Assembly (NCBI GenBank): GCA_029946105.1
Contig: JAQSDW010000202.1
Coordinates: 8,645 to 72,644 of the forward strand
Length of the DNA: 64,000 nt
Source of the DNA: Reyranella sp.
GTDB taxonomy: Bacteria; Pseudomonadota; Alphaproteobacteria; Reyranellales; Reyranellaceae
Reading direction: 5' to 3'
Shown here one piece after another: positions 16,399 to 27,184 of this stretch (position 1 is its first letter; each line of letters begins with the position of its first letter). The notes under the pieces are model-generated. The model was not told where the DNA came from. It saw only the letters and a program-made list of their open reading frames with translations, and did not search any database. A program made the translations under genes and the position numbers.

Positions 16399-17603
16399 TA
16401 GTTTACGGGGCTCGCCGTGAAAGTGCCGGGCGCGGGGCTGATCACCACGTTGCGGTCGCCCTGGACCTCGATGACGGCCAGCGCCCGTTCCGAGCGGCCG
16501 TCGGGCAGGAAGCGGAAGATGCCGTCGACGCCCGACCAGCCGTTGGGATTGGTGATCGCCTCGGCCGAGAAATCGCCGCCCGGCTTCAGGCGCGCCAGGT
16601 GGCCCGCCAGCGCCACGCCGTCGTAGGCGAGCGTGGCCAGGCGGTGCGGCGGGCGTCCGTAGGTCGACACGAACCGGCGCTCGAAGTCGGCGCGCCGGGC
16701 CGGATCGGGGGCGGCATACCAGGCGCCGCGTAGCATCGTGTCGGCGCCGATGCCGGGCACGTCCCAGACGCCGGTGCCGATGAATTGCACCGAGGCCGTG
16801 TCGAGGCCGGCCGCCGTGAGCGCGGAGAGGACGGACGACAGGCGCGGTGGCGCCACCGGCACCAGCACGGCGAGCTTGCCGTCGCCGCCACTCCCGGCCC
16901 TGGCCTGGGTCTCGCTGGCGAGCCGCTTGGCCGAGATCATGAGATCGTTGCTGTTGGCGTCGTAGAGTTCGGCCGCGACCACGGTGCCGCCGCGCACGGC
17001 GACATGGCTTTCCAGCGTGCGCGCCATCTGCTCGCCATAGGGGGTGCGCGGCGCGAAGGTGGCGAAGCGCTTGATGCCGGCGTCGATGGCGTGGTCGACG
17101 ACCCGGCGGACCTGCGGCGGGGCGGCGATGCCCATGACCCAGACGCCGCGCGAGGCGGCCGATTCATCGTTGGAGAAGGAGACGACATTGGCGCCGCCCC
17201 CCTGGTTCCCACCCTGCGCGACCAGCGGCGCGAGCGCGGTGGCCGACGTGCCGAACAGGGGACCGAGCACGAGCGCGACGCCGGCGGTGCGGGCCTGACG
17301 ATAAGCCTCGACCGCGGCTTCCGCTGTCGTGCCGCTATCGAAGGTCGAGAGGGCGAGCTCCTTGGCGCCGGTGTCGAACAGGGCCATTTCGGCCGCCTGC
17401 TGCAGGGACTGGCCGAGCGCGGCGTTCCCGCCGGACAGCGGCAGCAACAGCGCGATGCGGGTCTTGCCCGACGCCGTCACCGACGACGCGGCCTGCTTCG
17501 CCGGAGTCGTGGCGGGCTTGGCCGGCGTGCTAGTCTGGGGCGCATCGCTGCAGGCGCCCGCGAGGAAGAGGGTGGCCACGAGCGCGACATAGGACATGCG
17601 CAT
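16398..17603 (-). CDS. Penicillin-binding protein activator (LpoA/LppC-like lipoprotein)
   Basis: Lipobox LAGAC, IALLLPLSG, LGPLF, LAYDG..LA, GVDGIFRF; syntenic with rsmI-yraN. Confidence 0.85.
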   Translation of the reverse strand: MRMSYVALVATLFLAGACSDAPQTSTPAKPATTPAKQAASSVTASGKTRIALLLPLSGGNAALGQSLQQAAEMALFDTGAKELALSTFDSGTTAEAAVEAYRQARTAGVALVLGPLFGTSATALAPLVAQGGNQGGGANVVSFSNDESAASRGVWVMGIAAPPQVRRVVDHAIDAGIKRFATFAPRTPYGEQMARTLESHVAVRGGTVVAAELYDANSNDLMISAKRLASETQARAGSGGDGKLAVLVPVAPPRLSSVLSALTAAGLDTASVQFIGTGVWDVPGIGADTMLRGAWYAAPDPARRADFERRFVSTYGRPPHRLATLAYDGVALAGHLARLKPGGDFSAEAITNPNGWSGVDGIFRFLPDGRSERALAVIEVQGDRNVVISPAPGTFTASPVN

Positions 17604-17632
17604 CGGCGCGAAACTCCGGCAAACGGATCGAA

Positions 17633-18544
17633 ATGAGTGTGAGCGAGCAGTCACGGGATAGTGCGGGCCAAGCTAGCGGGGAGGACGGCCGGCGTAAACC
17701 ACCGCTGGCGCCCGGGCTGCACATTGTTGCCACACCCATCGGTAATCTTGGCGATATAACTTTGCGCGCCCTCGACGTGTTGCGTGGCGTCGATCTCGTT
17801 GCCTGTGAGGACACCCGCGTGTTCGCCAAGCTGGCCAGCCACTATGGCATTTCGGTCCCCACCGTCGCCTACAGCGACGCCACGCAGGACCTCTCCGAAC
17901 CGCGCATCGTGCGTGCCCTTGCCGCGGGCAAGCGGGTGGCCCTGGTGTCCGACGCCGGCATGCCCCTGATCTCCGATCCCGGCTATCGCCTCGTCCAGGC
18001 GGCAATTGCCGGCGGCCATGCCGTGACGTCGGCGCCCGGCCCCTCGGCGGTGCCGATGGCGCTGGCACTATCGGGCCTGCCGACCGACCGCTTTTATTTC
18101 GGCGGCTTCCTGCCGGCCAAGGAAGGCGATCGCCGCCGCGCCATCGGAGCGGCGGCCGGCATGCCGGCGACCCTGGTGTTCTTCGAGGCGCCGCACCGGC
18201 TCGCCGCCTCGCTCGTCGACCTTGCCGATCTTCTGGGCGACCGCGCCGCCGCCGTGGCGCGCGAACTCACCAAGCTCTTCGAGGAAGTCCGACGCGCGCC
18301 GCTTCCTGAGCTTGCGGCCTACTATGCGGCGCACCCCGATGTGAAGGGCGAGATCGTGATCGTGATCGCCCCGCCCGGCGAGGCCGGAGCGCCCGACGGC
18401 GCGGTGCTCGACGGGGCATTGCGTACGGCGATGGCGGGCGCGTCGATCAAGGATGCGGCCTCCGAAGTGGCGGCGCGTTTTGGCCTCAAGCGCCGCGATG
18501 TCTATGCCCGCGCCCTCGAACTGAAGCGCGAGGGCTCGTCTTGA
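17633..18544 (+). CDS. rsmI: 16S rRNA (C1402-2'-O) methyltransferase
   Basis: VATPIGNLGDIT.RA, ACEDTR, VSDAGMPLISDPG, FFEAPHR, VARELTKLFEE. Confidence 0.95.
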   Translation: MSVSEQSRDSAGQASGEDGRRKPPLAPGLHIVATPIGNLGDITLRALDVLRGVDLVACEDTRVFAKLASHYGISVPTVAYSDATQDLSEPRIVRALAAGKRVALVSDAGMPLISDPGYRLVQAAIAGGHAVTSAPGPSAVPMALALSGLPTDRFYFGGFLPAKEGDRRRAIGAAAGMPATLVFFEAPHRLAASLVDLADLLGDRAAAVARELTKLFEEVRRAPLPELAAYYAAHPDVKGEIVIVIAPPGEAGAPDGAVLDGALRTAMAGASIKDAASEVAARFGLKRRDVYARALELKREGSS

Positions 18545-18557
18545 CCGAGAGCTCGTC

Positions 18558-18938
18558 ATGACCATCGCGTCCCGGCAGAGGGCGCATCGCCTGGGTCATG
18601 CCGCCGAATGGCGCGCGGTCCTGCGCCTGCGCCTGGCCGGCTATTCGATTCTCGCCCGGCGCTACAAGACCAAGCTGGGCGAGATCGACATCGTGGCCCG
18701 GCGCGGCAACCTGCTGGCGTTCGTCGAGGTCAAGGCCCGTGCCAATGCCGCAACGGCGGCCGATGCGCTGGGCGGCCGCCAGTTCGGCCGCGTCTCGCGC
18801 GCCGCCAGCCTGTTCGTGGCGCGTCATCCGCACCATGCCGTCTGCTCGGTGCGCTTCGACGCGGTGCTGGTGAGCGGCTCCTTTTGGCGGCAAGTATGGC
18901 CAACGCACCTGGCCGATGTCTGGCGGGCCCCGGAGTAA
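18558..18938 (+). CDS. yraN: YraN family protein
   Basis: GEIDIVA, FVEVK, VRFD; follows rsmI. Confidence 0.9.
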   Translation: MTIASRQRAHRLGHAAEWRAVLRLRLAGYSILARRYKTKLGEIDIVARRGNLLAFVEVKARANAATAADALGGRQFGRVSRAASLFVARHPHHAVCSVRFDAVLVSGSFWRQVWPTHLADVWRAPE

Positions 18939-18943
18939 CGATC

Positions 18944-19789
18944 GTGTCGAGCGTCGAGTTGGAAACCAGCAAGCGGCTCGCCCGCCTGCGCGATCTTTGC
19001 GCCGGCAACGGGGAGCACCTCGATCTCCTGGAAGCGGCCCTGGCGTTGAGCGCGCTGCGCGGCGACGACAGCGTCGATCTGGCGCCTTATCGTCTGCATG
19101 TGGCGGCGATGTCCGCCGACCTGGCCGACCTGGTCCGCCGGCGCGGCGCCACGCCCGAATCGCTGGCCGAGGTGCTGGCCCAGTCCTACGCCTACCGCGG
19201 CGACAGCGAGACCTACGACGATCTGCAGAACGCCGATCTTGCGCGGGTGATCGAGCGGCGCCAGGGGCTGCCGGTCGCGCTCTCGATCCTCTATCTCCAT
19301 GTGGCCCGGGCGCAGGGCTGGACGGCCGAAGGCCTGGCGTTTCCCGGTCATTTCCTCATCCGCGTCGAAATCGACGGAGCCCGGCACGTCATCGATCCCT
19401 TCCATGACGGTTGCGTGCGCGATGCCGCCGACCTGCGCGATCTCCTGCGTCAGGTCCTGGGGCCGACGGCGGAGCTTCGCCCCGCGCATTTCGATCCGGT
19501 GACCGATCGCGAGGTTCTGCTGCGGCTCGAGAACAACGTTCGCCTCCGGCTCGCCAAGCGGGAGGAATGGACCGGCGCCGGGCAATCGCTCGACCGCATG
19601 CTGGCGATCGCGCCCGATCGGCCGGAACTGCTGTTCGAGGCCGGGCAGCTCAATATGCGGCTCGACAAGCGTCGGGCCGCGATTGCCGCCTTTCAGCGGT
19701 TTCTCGAGGTCGACGGCGGCCGGGGCGATGCCGAACTCCGCCAGCGTGCGTCAGCCCTGTTGCAGGAACTGCGCCGCGGGCTTAACTGA
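18944..19789 (+). CDS. SirB1/transglutaminase-like protein with C-terminal TPR
   Basis: [30 protein letters not shown]; GTG start 18944. Confidence 0.82.
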   Translation: MSSVELETSKRLARLRDLCAGNGEHLDLLEAALALSALRGDDSVDLAPYRLHVAAMSADLADLVRRRGATPESLAEVLAQSYAYRGDSETYDDLQNADLARVIERRQGLPVALSILYLHVARAQGWTAEGLAFPGHFLIRVEIDGARHVIDPFHDGCVRDAADLRDLLRQVLGPTAELRPAHFDPVTDREVLLRLENNVRLRLAKREEWTGAGQSLDRMLAIAPDRPELLFEAGQLNMRLDKRRAAIAAFQRFLEVDGGRGDAELRQRASALLQELRRGLN

Positions 19790-19832
19790 TCCCCGCTTCT
19801 TTCCACGTCATTTCTCAATTCCAGGACTTTCC

Positions 19833-20792
19833 ATGACCCTCAGCGTCGCCATCCAGATGGACCATGTGTCGAGCATCGACATCGACGGCGACTCGACGTT
19901 TGTCCTCGGCCTCGAGGCCGAACGGCGCGGCTATGCGCTGTGGCACTACACGCCGCCCGACCTGATCTTCCGCGACCGCAAGGTGCTGGCGCGGGCCCAG
20001 CCGATGAAGCTGCGGCGCGAGAAGGGCAACCACTTCACCCTGGGCGCGGCCGAGATGATCGACCTGTCCAAGATCGATGTCGTGCTGCTGCGCCAGGATC
20101 CGCCGTTCGACATGTCCTACATCACGACGACGCACGTGCTGGAGCACATCCATCCGAAGACGCTGGTGGTCAACGATCCGGCCAGCGTGCGCAACGCGCC
20201 GGAGAAGCTGTTCGTCACCCATTTCGACAATGTGATGCCGCCGACGCTGATCACCGCCGACGCGCGTGCGCTCAAGGCGTTCCGCGACGAGCACAAGGAC
20301 ATCATCCTGAAGCCGCTGTTCGGCAATGGCGGTGCCGGCGTGTTCCGGGTGCGGCCCGACGACGAGAACTTCAATTCGCTGCTGGAGATGTTCTCGCAGC
20401 GCAGCCGCGAACCGGTGATCGCCCAGCGCTATCTCCCCGAGGTGCGCCAGGGCGACAAGCGCATCATCCTGATCGACGGCAAGGCAGTGGGCGCGATCGA
20501 CCGCGTGCCGGCCGAGGGCGAGGCGCGCTCCAACATGCATGTCGGCGGCGTGGCGGTTAAGGCCAGCCTCACCAAGCGCGAGATCGAGCTGTGCGAGATC
20601 ATCGGGCCCGAACTCGCCCGGCGCGGCCTGATCTTCGTCGGTATCGACGTGATCGGCGGCTACCTCACGGAGATCAACGTCACCTCGCCGACAGGCCTGC
20701 AGCAGATCAACCGCTTCGACGGCGTGTCGCTGGAGGCCCAGATCTGGGACCGCATCGAGGTGCGTTACCAGGAAACACGCGGGCCCAAGTAG
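19833..20792 (+). CDS. gshB: Glutathione synthetase
   Basis: [40 protein letters not shown]. Confidence 0.96.
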   Translation: MTLSVAIQMDHVSSIDIDGDSTFVLGLEAERRGYALWHYTPPDLIFRDRKVLARAQPMKLRREKGNHFTLGAAEMIDLSKIDVVLLRQDPPFDMSYITTTHVLEHIHPKTLVVNDPASVRNAPEKLFVTHFDNVMPPTLITADARALKAFRDEHKDIILKPLFGNGGAGVFRVRPDDENFNSLLEMFSQRSREPVIAQRYLPEVRQGDKRIILIDGKAVGAIDRVPAEGEARSNMHVGGVAVKASLTKREIELCEIIGPELARRGLIFVGIDVIGGYLTEINVTSPTGLQQINRFDGVSLEAQIWDRIEVRYQETRGPK

Positions 20793-21232
20793 TGGCCGCG
20801 GCCAAAGCCGCGCCGATCTGGGTTACGGGCGCGCTGACTCTCGATCCGGCGGAGATCGAGGAGAGTTTCGTGCGCGCCACCGGTCCCGGTGGCCAGCACG
20901 TCAACACGACGTCGACCGCGGTCCAGCTCCGCTTTGACGTCCGCCATTCGCCCTCGCTGACGGACGACGTGCGTCACAGGCTGGAGGGCCTTGCCGGGCG
21001 GCGGCTCACGCGCGACGGCGTTCTGGTGCTGATGGCCCAGGGACAGCGCAGCCAGAAGCGCAATCGTGAGGAGGCACTGGACCGGCTGGTCGCCCTGGTC
21101 CGGGAAGCCGCCCGGCCGCCCACGCCACGCAAGAAGACGCGGGTCAGCAAGGCCGCCAAGCGCCGCCGCGTCGACGACAAGAAGCACCACGGCGCGATCA
21201 AGTCTTTGCGCAGCAAGGGCGCGGTCGACTAG
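20792..21232 (+). CDS. arfB: Alternative ribosome rescue peptidyl-tRNA hydrolase
   Basis: GPGGQHVN (GGQ), RSQKRNREEAL, basic C-terminal tail. Confidence 0.93.
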   Translation: MAAAKAAPIWVTGALTLDPAEIEESFVRATGPGGQHVNTTSTAVQLRFDVRHSPSLTDDVRHRLEGLAGRRLTRDGVLVLMAQGQRSQKRNREEALDRLVALVREAARPPTPRKKTRVSKAAKRRRVDDKKHHGAIKSLRSKGAVD

Positions 21233-21277
21233 GCGCGGACGGCTGAAATTGAATCACAAGCGCGTATCCACACGCAT

Positions 21278-21350
21278 TGTCATCCCGAACGCAGTGAGGG
21301 ACCTTTTAGAAGCTGTCCGGCAAAGGTCCCTCACTGGGTTCGGGATGACA
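21278..21350. repeat. REP/RPE-like long palindrome
   Basis: 29-bp arms with one mismatch (TGTCATCCCGAAC...GGACCTTT / AAAGGTCC...GTTCGGGATGACA) and a 15-nt loop. Confidence 0.85.
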
Positions 21351-21442
21351 CCGTTTCCTGGGCAGTCGGGAGTGCGTTCATTTCAGCCGGAAAGACTCCA
21401 GGGCCGTGCTACTGTGCCGGCCTGTAACGGAAGAGGTGTCGC

Positions 21443-22846
21443 GTGGCAGACGTTCGCAAGGAAACCGACAGCCTGGGTGAGGTGAGCGTTCCCGCCGACA
21501 AGCTGTGGGGCGCCCAGACCCAGCGCTCGCTCGAACATTTCAGCATCGGCAAGGACCTGATCCCGCGCGAGATGGTCACCGGTTACGCCACGCTGAAGAA
21601 GGCGGCGGCCAACGCCAACCACGACGGCAAGCGACTCGACGATTTGGCGCACAAGTTGATCGTGCAGGTCTGCGACGAGATCCTGGCCGGCCAGCACCAC
21701 GACATGTTCCCGCTGCACGTCTGGATGACCGGCAGCGGCACCCAGTTCAACATGAACGTGAACGAAGTGATTTCGAACCGCTGCTGCCAGATCGCCGGCA
21801 CGCCGCTCGGCAGCAAGAAGCCGGTTCATCCCAACGACCACGTCAACATGTCCCAGTCGTCCAACGACACCTTCCCGTCGGTGATGTACATCGCCGCGGC
21901 GGTCAACGTGACCGGACGGCTGATCCCCTCGGTTCAGGCGCTGCATGATTCGATCGCGGCCAAGGCCAAGGAATGGGACGATATCGTCAAGATCGGCCGT
22001 ACCCACATGCAGGATGCGACGCCGATCACGCTCGGCCAGGAATGGTCGGGCTATGCCGGCATGCTGGCCGACGACCTCGAGCGGCTGCAGGATTGCCTGA
22101 AGGGCGTCTATCGCCTGGCGCTCGGCGGCACCGCGGTCGGCACCGGCATCAACGCCGCTCCCGGCTTCGATCTGGCGGCGGCGGCGGAGATCGCCAAGCT
22201 CACCGCGCTGCCGTTCGTGTCGGCGCCCAACAAGTTCACCGTGCAGGGTTCGCACGACGCGCTGGTCCAGCTCTCGGGCACGCTGCGGACGCTGGCCGTC
22301 TCGCTCTACAAGATCGCCAACGATATTCGCCTGATGTCGTGCGGCCCGCGCGCCGGCTTCGCCGAACTCGAAATCCCGGAGAACGAACCCGGGTCTTCGA
22401 TCATGCCGGGCAAGGTCAATCCGACGCAGTGCGAGGCGCTCACCATGCTGGCGGTGCAGGTGATGGCCAACGACGTGGCGGTCGGCATGGGCGGCGCCGG
22501 CGGCTATCTCGAGATGAACGTCTACAAGCCGCTGATGATCTACAACATCACGCACTCGATCACGCTGATGACCGACGGCTGCACCAACTTCCGCAAGTTC
22601 CTGGTCGAGGGCACCAAGCCCAACCTGAAGAAGATCAAGGAGTACGTCGACCGGTCGCTGATGCTGGTGACGGCGCTGGCGCCGGTGATCGGCTATGACA
22701 AGTCCTCGAAGATCGCCCACTACGCGATGGACAACGACCTCACCCTGAAGGCGGCGGCACTGAAGCTCGGCTTCGTGACCGAGGCCGAGTTCGACAAGGT
22801 CGTCGATCCGAAGAAGATGGTCCGGCCCTACGTCGCGACGGAGTAG
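21443..22846 (+). CDS. fumC: Class II fumarate hydratase
   Basis: [49 protein letters not shown]. Confidence 0.95.
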   Translation: MADVRKETDSLGEVSVPADKLWGAQTQRSLEHFSIGKDLIPREMVTGYATLKKAAANANHDGKRLDDLAHKLIVQVCDEILAGQHHDMFPLHVWMTGSGTQFNMNVNEVISNRCCQIAGTPLGSKKPVHPNDHVNMSQSSNDTFPSVMYIAAAVNVTGRLIPSVQALHDSIAAKAKEWDDIVKIGRTHMQDATPITLGQEWSGYAGMLADDLERLQDCLKGVYRLALGGTAVGTGINAAPGFDLAAAAEIAKLTALPFVSAPNKFTVQGSHDALVQLSGTLRTLAVSLYKIANDIRLMSCGPRAGFAELEIPENEPGSSIMPGKVNPTQCEALTMLAVQVMANDVAVGMGGAGGYLEMNVYKPLMIYNITHSITLMTDGCTNFRKFLVEGTKPNLKKIKEYVDRSLMLVTALAPVIGYDKSSKIAHYAMDNDLTLKAAALKLGFVTEAEFDKVVDPKKMVRPYVATE

Positions 22847-22865
22847 CGACCCTGGCTTTCGGCGC

Positions 22866-24362
22866 TCAAACCGTGTGCAGTCCCAGGACTTCCGCGGTGT
22901 CGCGGCGGACCCGTTCGGTGAGCGCGGCGTCGGTCTTGAGGTCGTGGCCGTAGGAGGGGATCATCTCCTTCAGCTTGGGCACCCAGTGGCCCACGAGCTG
23001 CTCGTGGAAGCAGTTCTCCAGCATGTGGACCATGATCCAGACCGCCGTGGAGGCGCCGGGCGACGCGCCGAGCAGGGCCACGATCGAGGAATCGGCCGAG
23101 TGCACGATCTCGGTGCCGAACTCGAGCTTGCCGGTGTGGGCCTGGTCCTTGCGGATGATCTGCACCCTTTGGCCTGCGACGTCGAATTCCCAGTCGGACG
23201 TTTTCACCGTCGGATAGAAGTCGCGCAGGGCCTTGAAGCGGTGGCTGTTGCTCTGCAGCACCTGGCCGACCAGGTATTCTTCCAGCGGGAAGTTGTCCCG
23301 TCCCACGGCCAGGAGCGGCAGGAGATTGTCGGGCCGCACCGACATCGGCAGGTCGAACAGCGAGCCGTGCTTGAGGAACTTGGTCGAGAAGCCGGCGTAG
23401 GGGCCGAACAGCAGCCAGCGCTTGCCGTCGATGATGCGCGTGTCGAGATGCGGGACCGACATCGGCGGCGAGCCTTGCGCCGCCATGCCATAGACCTTGG
23501 CGGTGTGGCGTTCGACCACTTCGGTCTTGCCGCAGCGCAACCAGATGCCGCTCACGGGGAAGCCGGCGAAGCCCTTGGCCTCGGGAATGCCGGACTTCTG
23601 CAGGAGCGGCAGGGCGCCGCCGCCGGCGCCGAGGAAGACGTACTTCGCGCCGATCGTCCGCTTCTCGCCCGTCTTCTTGTTTTTGACGTCGAGTGCCCAG
23701 CCGCCGCCCGGGCGACGGCGCAGGTCGGTCACGTTCTGCGAGAAGTGGACGGCAAAGCCGTCCATGCGCTTGAGATAGGCGAGCAGGTCGGAGGTGAGCG
23801 CGCCGTAGTTCACGTCGGCGCCGCTCACGATGCGGGTGGCGGCGACCGGCTGGCCGGGATCGCGCCCCTCCATGAGCAGCGGCGCCCATTCGGCGATCTT
23901 CTTGTGATCCTCGGAATATTCCATGCCGCGGTAGCAGTGATGGGCACTCATCGCGGCATGGCGCTTCTTGAGGAAGGCCTGGCGATCGGCGCCGATCACG
24001 AAGCTCATGTGCGGCACGGGATGGATGAAGTTGTCGGGCGAGGCGATGGCGCCCTTCTTGATCAGGTAGGACCAGAACTGGCGCGACATGTCGAATTCGA
24101 CATTGACCTCGAGCGCCTTGGCGATGTCGATGCTGCCGTCGGCGCGCATCGGCGTGTAGTTCAGCTCGCAATTGGCGGCGTGGCCGGTGCCGGCATTGTT
24201 CCAGGCGCCGGAGCTCTCCTGTGCCTCGCCCGGCAGGCGTTCGACGATCTCGATCTTGAGGTGGGGCTGCAGCTCCTTCAGGAACACGGCGAGGGTCGTG
24301 CTCATGATGCCGGCGCCCACCAGGACGACATCGGCATCGGTAACGACGTTGCTCTCGCTCAT
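22866..24362 (-). CDS. mqo: Malate:quinone oxidoreductase
   Basis: GAGIMSTTLA, WNNAGTGHA, PPMSVPHLDTR, AGQRVQII, GASPGAS. Confidence 0.95.
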   Translation of the reverse strand: MSESNVVTDADVVLVGAGIMSTTLAVFLKELQPHLKIEIVERLPGEAQESSGAWNNAGTGHAANCELNYTPMRADGSIDIAKALEVNVEFDMSRQFWSYLIKKGAIASPDNFIHPVPHMSFVIGADRQAFLKKRHAAMSAHHCYRGMEYSEDHKKIAEWAPLLMEGRDPGQPVAATRIVSGADVNYGALTSDLLAYLKRMDGFAVHFSQNVTDLRRRPGGGWALDVKNKKTGEKRTIGAKYVFLGAGGGALPLLQKSGIPEAKGFAGFPVSGIWLRCGKTEVVERHTAKVYGMAAQGSPPMSVPHLDTRIIDGKRWLLFGPYAGFSTKFLKHGSLFDLPMSVRPDNLLPLLAVGRDNFPLEEYLVGQVLQSNSHRFKALRDFYPTVKTSDWEFDVAGQRVQIIRKDQAHTGKLEFGTEIVHSADSSIVALLGASPGASTAVWIMVHMLENCFHEQLVGHWVPKLKEMIPSYGHDLKTDAALTERVRRDTAEVLGLHTV

Positions 24363-24380
24363 GCGATTTCCCTCGAAGGC

Positions 24381-24767
24381 TTAAGTGGTGCGCTTGAACG
24401 GTACGGGGTCGTCGTGTCCCAGGACGACATAGACGCGGCGCCACGGCTGGTCGTCGACCAGCTTCCAGGTGTGGCCGCCGCCGGCGGTGTCCTCGGCCAG
24501 CAGGATGTCACCAGGCTTCAGCGTGAAATGCTGTCCGCCGCGCGTCTGGAAATCGAGGGTTCCGCTCAAGGTGATGACGAGCTGGCGGACCGGGGCGGTA
24601 TGCCAGGCCAGCGTGCCGCCCGACGCGGTCTCCTGGAACGAGGCGTGCGACACCGCAAGCTTGCTGCTCAGGAGGTCACCGTGGGCGCCCGATTCCAGTG
24701 CGATCCAGCCCTCTTCGAAGTGCGAATTCTGGTCTTCGCCGGTCCAAATGCGCACGCACCGGATCAT
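24381..24767 (-). CDS. Cupin domain protein
   Basis: WHTAPVRQLVITLSG, GDILLAEDT.GGGH. Confidence 0.85.
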   Translation of the reverse strand: MIRCVRIWTGEDQNSHFEEGWIALESGAHGDLLSSKLAVSHASFQETASGGTLAWHTAPVRQLVITLSGTLDFQTRGGQHFTLKPGDILLAEDTAGGGHTWKLVDDQPWRRVYVVLGHDDPVPFKRTT

Positions 24768-24861
24768 TCGCCACTCCTCGCATCACCGACGATATCTAGT
24801 GCGGGCGACCGTAGTATGGGCCTGTTCGACTGGCAAGAAATCAGGGCGAAGCCGGCGGCGA

Positions 24862-26367
24862 TCAGGCGGTGTTGCGCGGCAGGACGATGACGACCGAGAG
24901 GCCGCGGCCGGTCCGGTTGGCAGCACTCACCTGGCCGCCCAGGGCCTCGACGTTGCGTCGCACGATCCAGAGGCCGAGTCCGGCATGTCCGGCAACCTCG
25001 GTGCTGCTTTCGGTGCCACCCGGCCGCGAGGAGAAGTAGCGCTCGAAGACATGGTCGATCGTGCCGGGCTCTATCCCCGGTCCCTCGTCGTCGATCTGCA
25101 GTTCGACGGTGTCGTCGCTGGCCGTCAGCGTCACCATGACTGAGCTGCCCGGCGGCGAGAAGCTGATGGCATTCTCCAGGACGTTTTGAACCACGAGCTC
25201 GAGCATGCCCCGGCCGGCGCGCACCATGACGCCCTCGTCGAGCCGGCGGATCAGATCGATGTCGCGATTTGCCAGAACTTCGCGCAGGTGATGAACCGCC
25301 TCGCCGATCGTCTGCCCGACGTCGGTCGGCACGCGCGGCGTTTCGAGCATTTCGGCGGTGCTGATGTCGTGGCTTTGCGCGGCGTTCACGAGGGCAAGCA
25401 GCCGCGCCAGCGAGGAATCGACGATCTCGATGGCGCGCCGCGCCCGCGCATCGTTACCCGGCACCGCGCGACGCACCGGCTCGAGCGCCGACCGGATGGC
25501 GGCGAGGGGAGTCTTGAAGGAATGCGCATTGTCCTCGGCGGACTGCCGGATCTGCTGTGAAACGCGCTGCAGGTCGTGCACCAGCTTGTCGAGATCGGCC
25601 GCCACGGGCGACAGTTCGGGCACGACGTTGCGGCGCGCGAAGGCATGATCGCCGATGCGGCCCTGGCTGATCTCGTTGGCCACCGTTCGGAACCGGTGAA
25701 GGCTCAGCCGGATGCTGACGGCCACCAGCAACGCCAACATGGCGACGACGAGATAGATGACGGCCGCGAGGCGGATCTCCCGTGTTTCCCAGTACGGCCG
25801 GCCGATCGACGTGTTGAGGAATTCCGATGTGGCGTGGGTCGAGGTCAACACCCAGCAGCCGCTGCGGGTGCGGATGGGAATGATCGAGGTCAGGAGCTCG
25901 ACGCTGCCGTCGGCCTGGCGATATCGGATCTCGTCGGTGGCATCCCAGATGCAGGCCTGGGAGAGGCGCTGCAGTATGCCGCGGTGGCCGAGCTCATCCA
26001 GTTCGGCCGTCATCGCGTCGGGGCGAACCTGCGGGGCGGAAGCCACGAAATAGAAGCGGCCGGCATCGCGGTCGGCGGCTGGCTGGAACATCAACTTCAG
26101 CACGGTGCCGTGGCTGCTGTATTTCGCCAGCTCTTCGTTCAGCGCAAGGGGCGACGCCGTATCGGCGTCCTTCAGCGCCGGTCTCAGGGCATCGGCAATC
26201 AGGCCGCTGCGATCCTGGATGGCGCGCGTCACCAGCTCGCGCATCTGCCGGTCGGCGCTCTCGAACTGAAAGTACAGCGCCACCGGCAGCGCCACGAAGA
26301 TGCCGATCAGGGCGACCAGCTTGAGCGTCAGCGATGCGGCAAGACGACGAAGCCGGTGGCCCCACAC
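24862..26367 (-). CDS. HAMP-type sensor histidine kinase (ChvG/ExoS-like)
   Basis: Two TM segments, AEDNAHSFKTPLAAI H-box, NVLENAISFSP, DDEGPG, GLGLWIV; GTG start 26367 inferred. Confidence 0.85.
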   Translation of the reverse strand: MWGHRLRRLAASLTLKLVALIGIFVALPVALYFQFESADRQMRELVTRAIQDRSGLIADALRPALKDADTASPLALNEELAKYSSHGTVLKLMFQPAADRDAGRFYFVASAPQVRPDAMTAELDELGHRGILQRLSQACIWDATDEIRYRQADGSVELLTSIIPIRTRSGCWVLTSTHATSEFLNTSIGRPYWETREIRLAAVIYLVVAMLALLVAVSIRLSLHRFRTVANEISQGRIGDHAFARRNVVPELSPVAADLDKLVHDLQRVSQQIRQSAEDNAHSFKTPLAAIRSALEPVRRAVPGNDARARRAIEIVDSSLARLLALVNAAQSHDISTAEMLETPRVPTDVGQTIGEAVHHLREVLANRDIDLIRRLDEGVMVRAGRGMLELVVQNVLENAISFSPPGSSVMVTLTASDDTVELQIDDEGPGIEPGTIDHVFERYFSSRPGGTESSTEVAGHAGLGLWIVRRNVEALGGQVSAANRTGRGLSVVIVLPRNTA

Positions 26368-26386
26368 GCCGCTCCACCTGCCGGGA

Positions 26387-27184
26387 CTACTCTTTGCCCC
26401 AGCGGTAGCCGAAGGACTGGTAGTTTTCGATTTCGGCGAAGTCCGGATCGATCGCACGGAATTTGTTTCGAATTCGTTTGATGCAGGAGCGGACGTTCGT
26501 TCGATAGCCATTTTCGCCGCTCCCAGCGATGAATCCAACATAGTGCATGCAGTCGTAGACGGCGCGGTACGTCACGTACTTTCCGACGCTGGACGCCAGA
26601 AGGTGGACGATCTTGAATTCGGTGATGGTGAGATTGATGTCCGAATCGTCCCAGAAAGCGCGGCTGACGCCCGGCTTCAGCATCAGGCGGCCGCGATGGA
26701 AGTTGCCCGCGAATTCCGGCTCGCTGGGCTTCTTGGCCGACCCGGCAATCAGACGCAGCCGCTGCACCAGGATCGGAACGCCGCGGGTCTTGTCGACGAA
26801 GTCCACCGCGCCGCGGTCGAAGGCGAGCTTCTCGTAGACCGGCTGCGAACGCCCGGTGAGGAAGACGACGGGCAGGGATACGCCGTTCCGGCGAAGCTTC
26901 GGCAACAGGTCTATCCCCGACATGCCGGGCAGGTTCCAGTCGAGCAGGATGATGTCGGCTTCGGCGCCGGCCGCGAGGGCTCCGAGAAGTGCCGGCCCGT
27001 CGCAGAAGCTTTCGACGGCGAAGCCGTGGTCGCCCAGTTCGCCCGTTACAGCTTCGCGATAGTCATCGTCGTCCTCGACGAAGGCGAGGCGAACGCGCCG
27101 CTCCCCGACGTTGCTTTCGTCGGGTCTGAAGCCGGGTTTGGAGCTGGGCCAGGCAGAGACGTTGTCCTTCATCGGTGTTGTCAT
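26387..27184 (-). CDS. OmpR-family response regulator (ChvI-like)
   Basis: REC (FVEDD, LLDWNLPGMSG, FLTG, DFVDK) plus winged helix (LT.TEF.I..LLA, NVRS.IKRIR.KF); true start may be slightly downstream. Confidence 0.88.
   Translation of the reverse strand: MTTPMKDNVSAWPSSKPGFRPDESNVGERRVRLAFVEDDDDYREAVTGELGDHGFAVESFCDGPALLGALAAGAEADIILLDWNLPGMSGIDLLPKLRRNGVSLPVVFLTGRSQPVYEKLAFDRGAVDFVDKTRGVPILVQRLRLIAGSAKKPSEPEFAGNFHRGRLMLKPGVSRAFWDDSDINLTITEFKIVHLLASSVGKYVTYRAVYDCMHYVGFIAGSGENGYRTNVRSCIKRIRNKFRAIDPDFAEIENYQSFGYRWGKE

Noticed and set aside
24862-27184. Calling the two-component pair chvG/chvI
   Set aside because: Family resemblance only. The gene context does not match, so no symbol was assigned.
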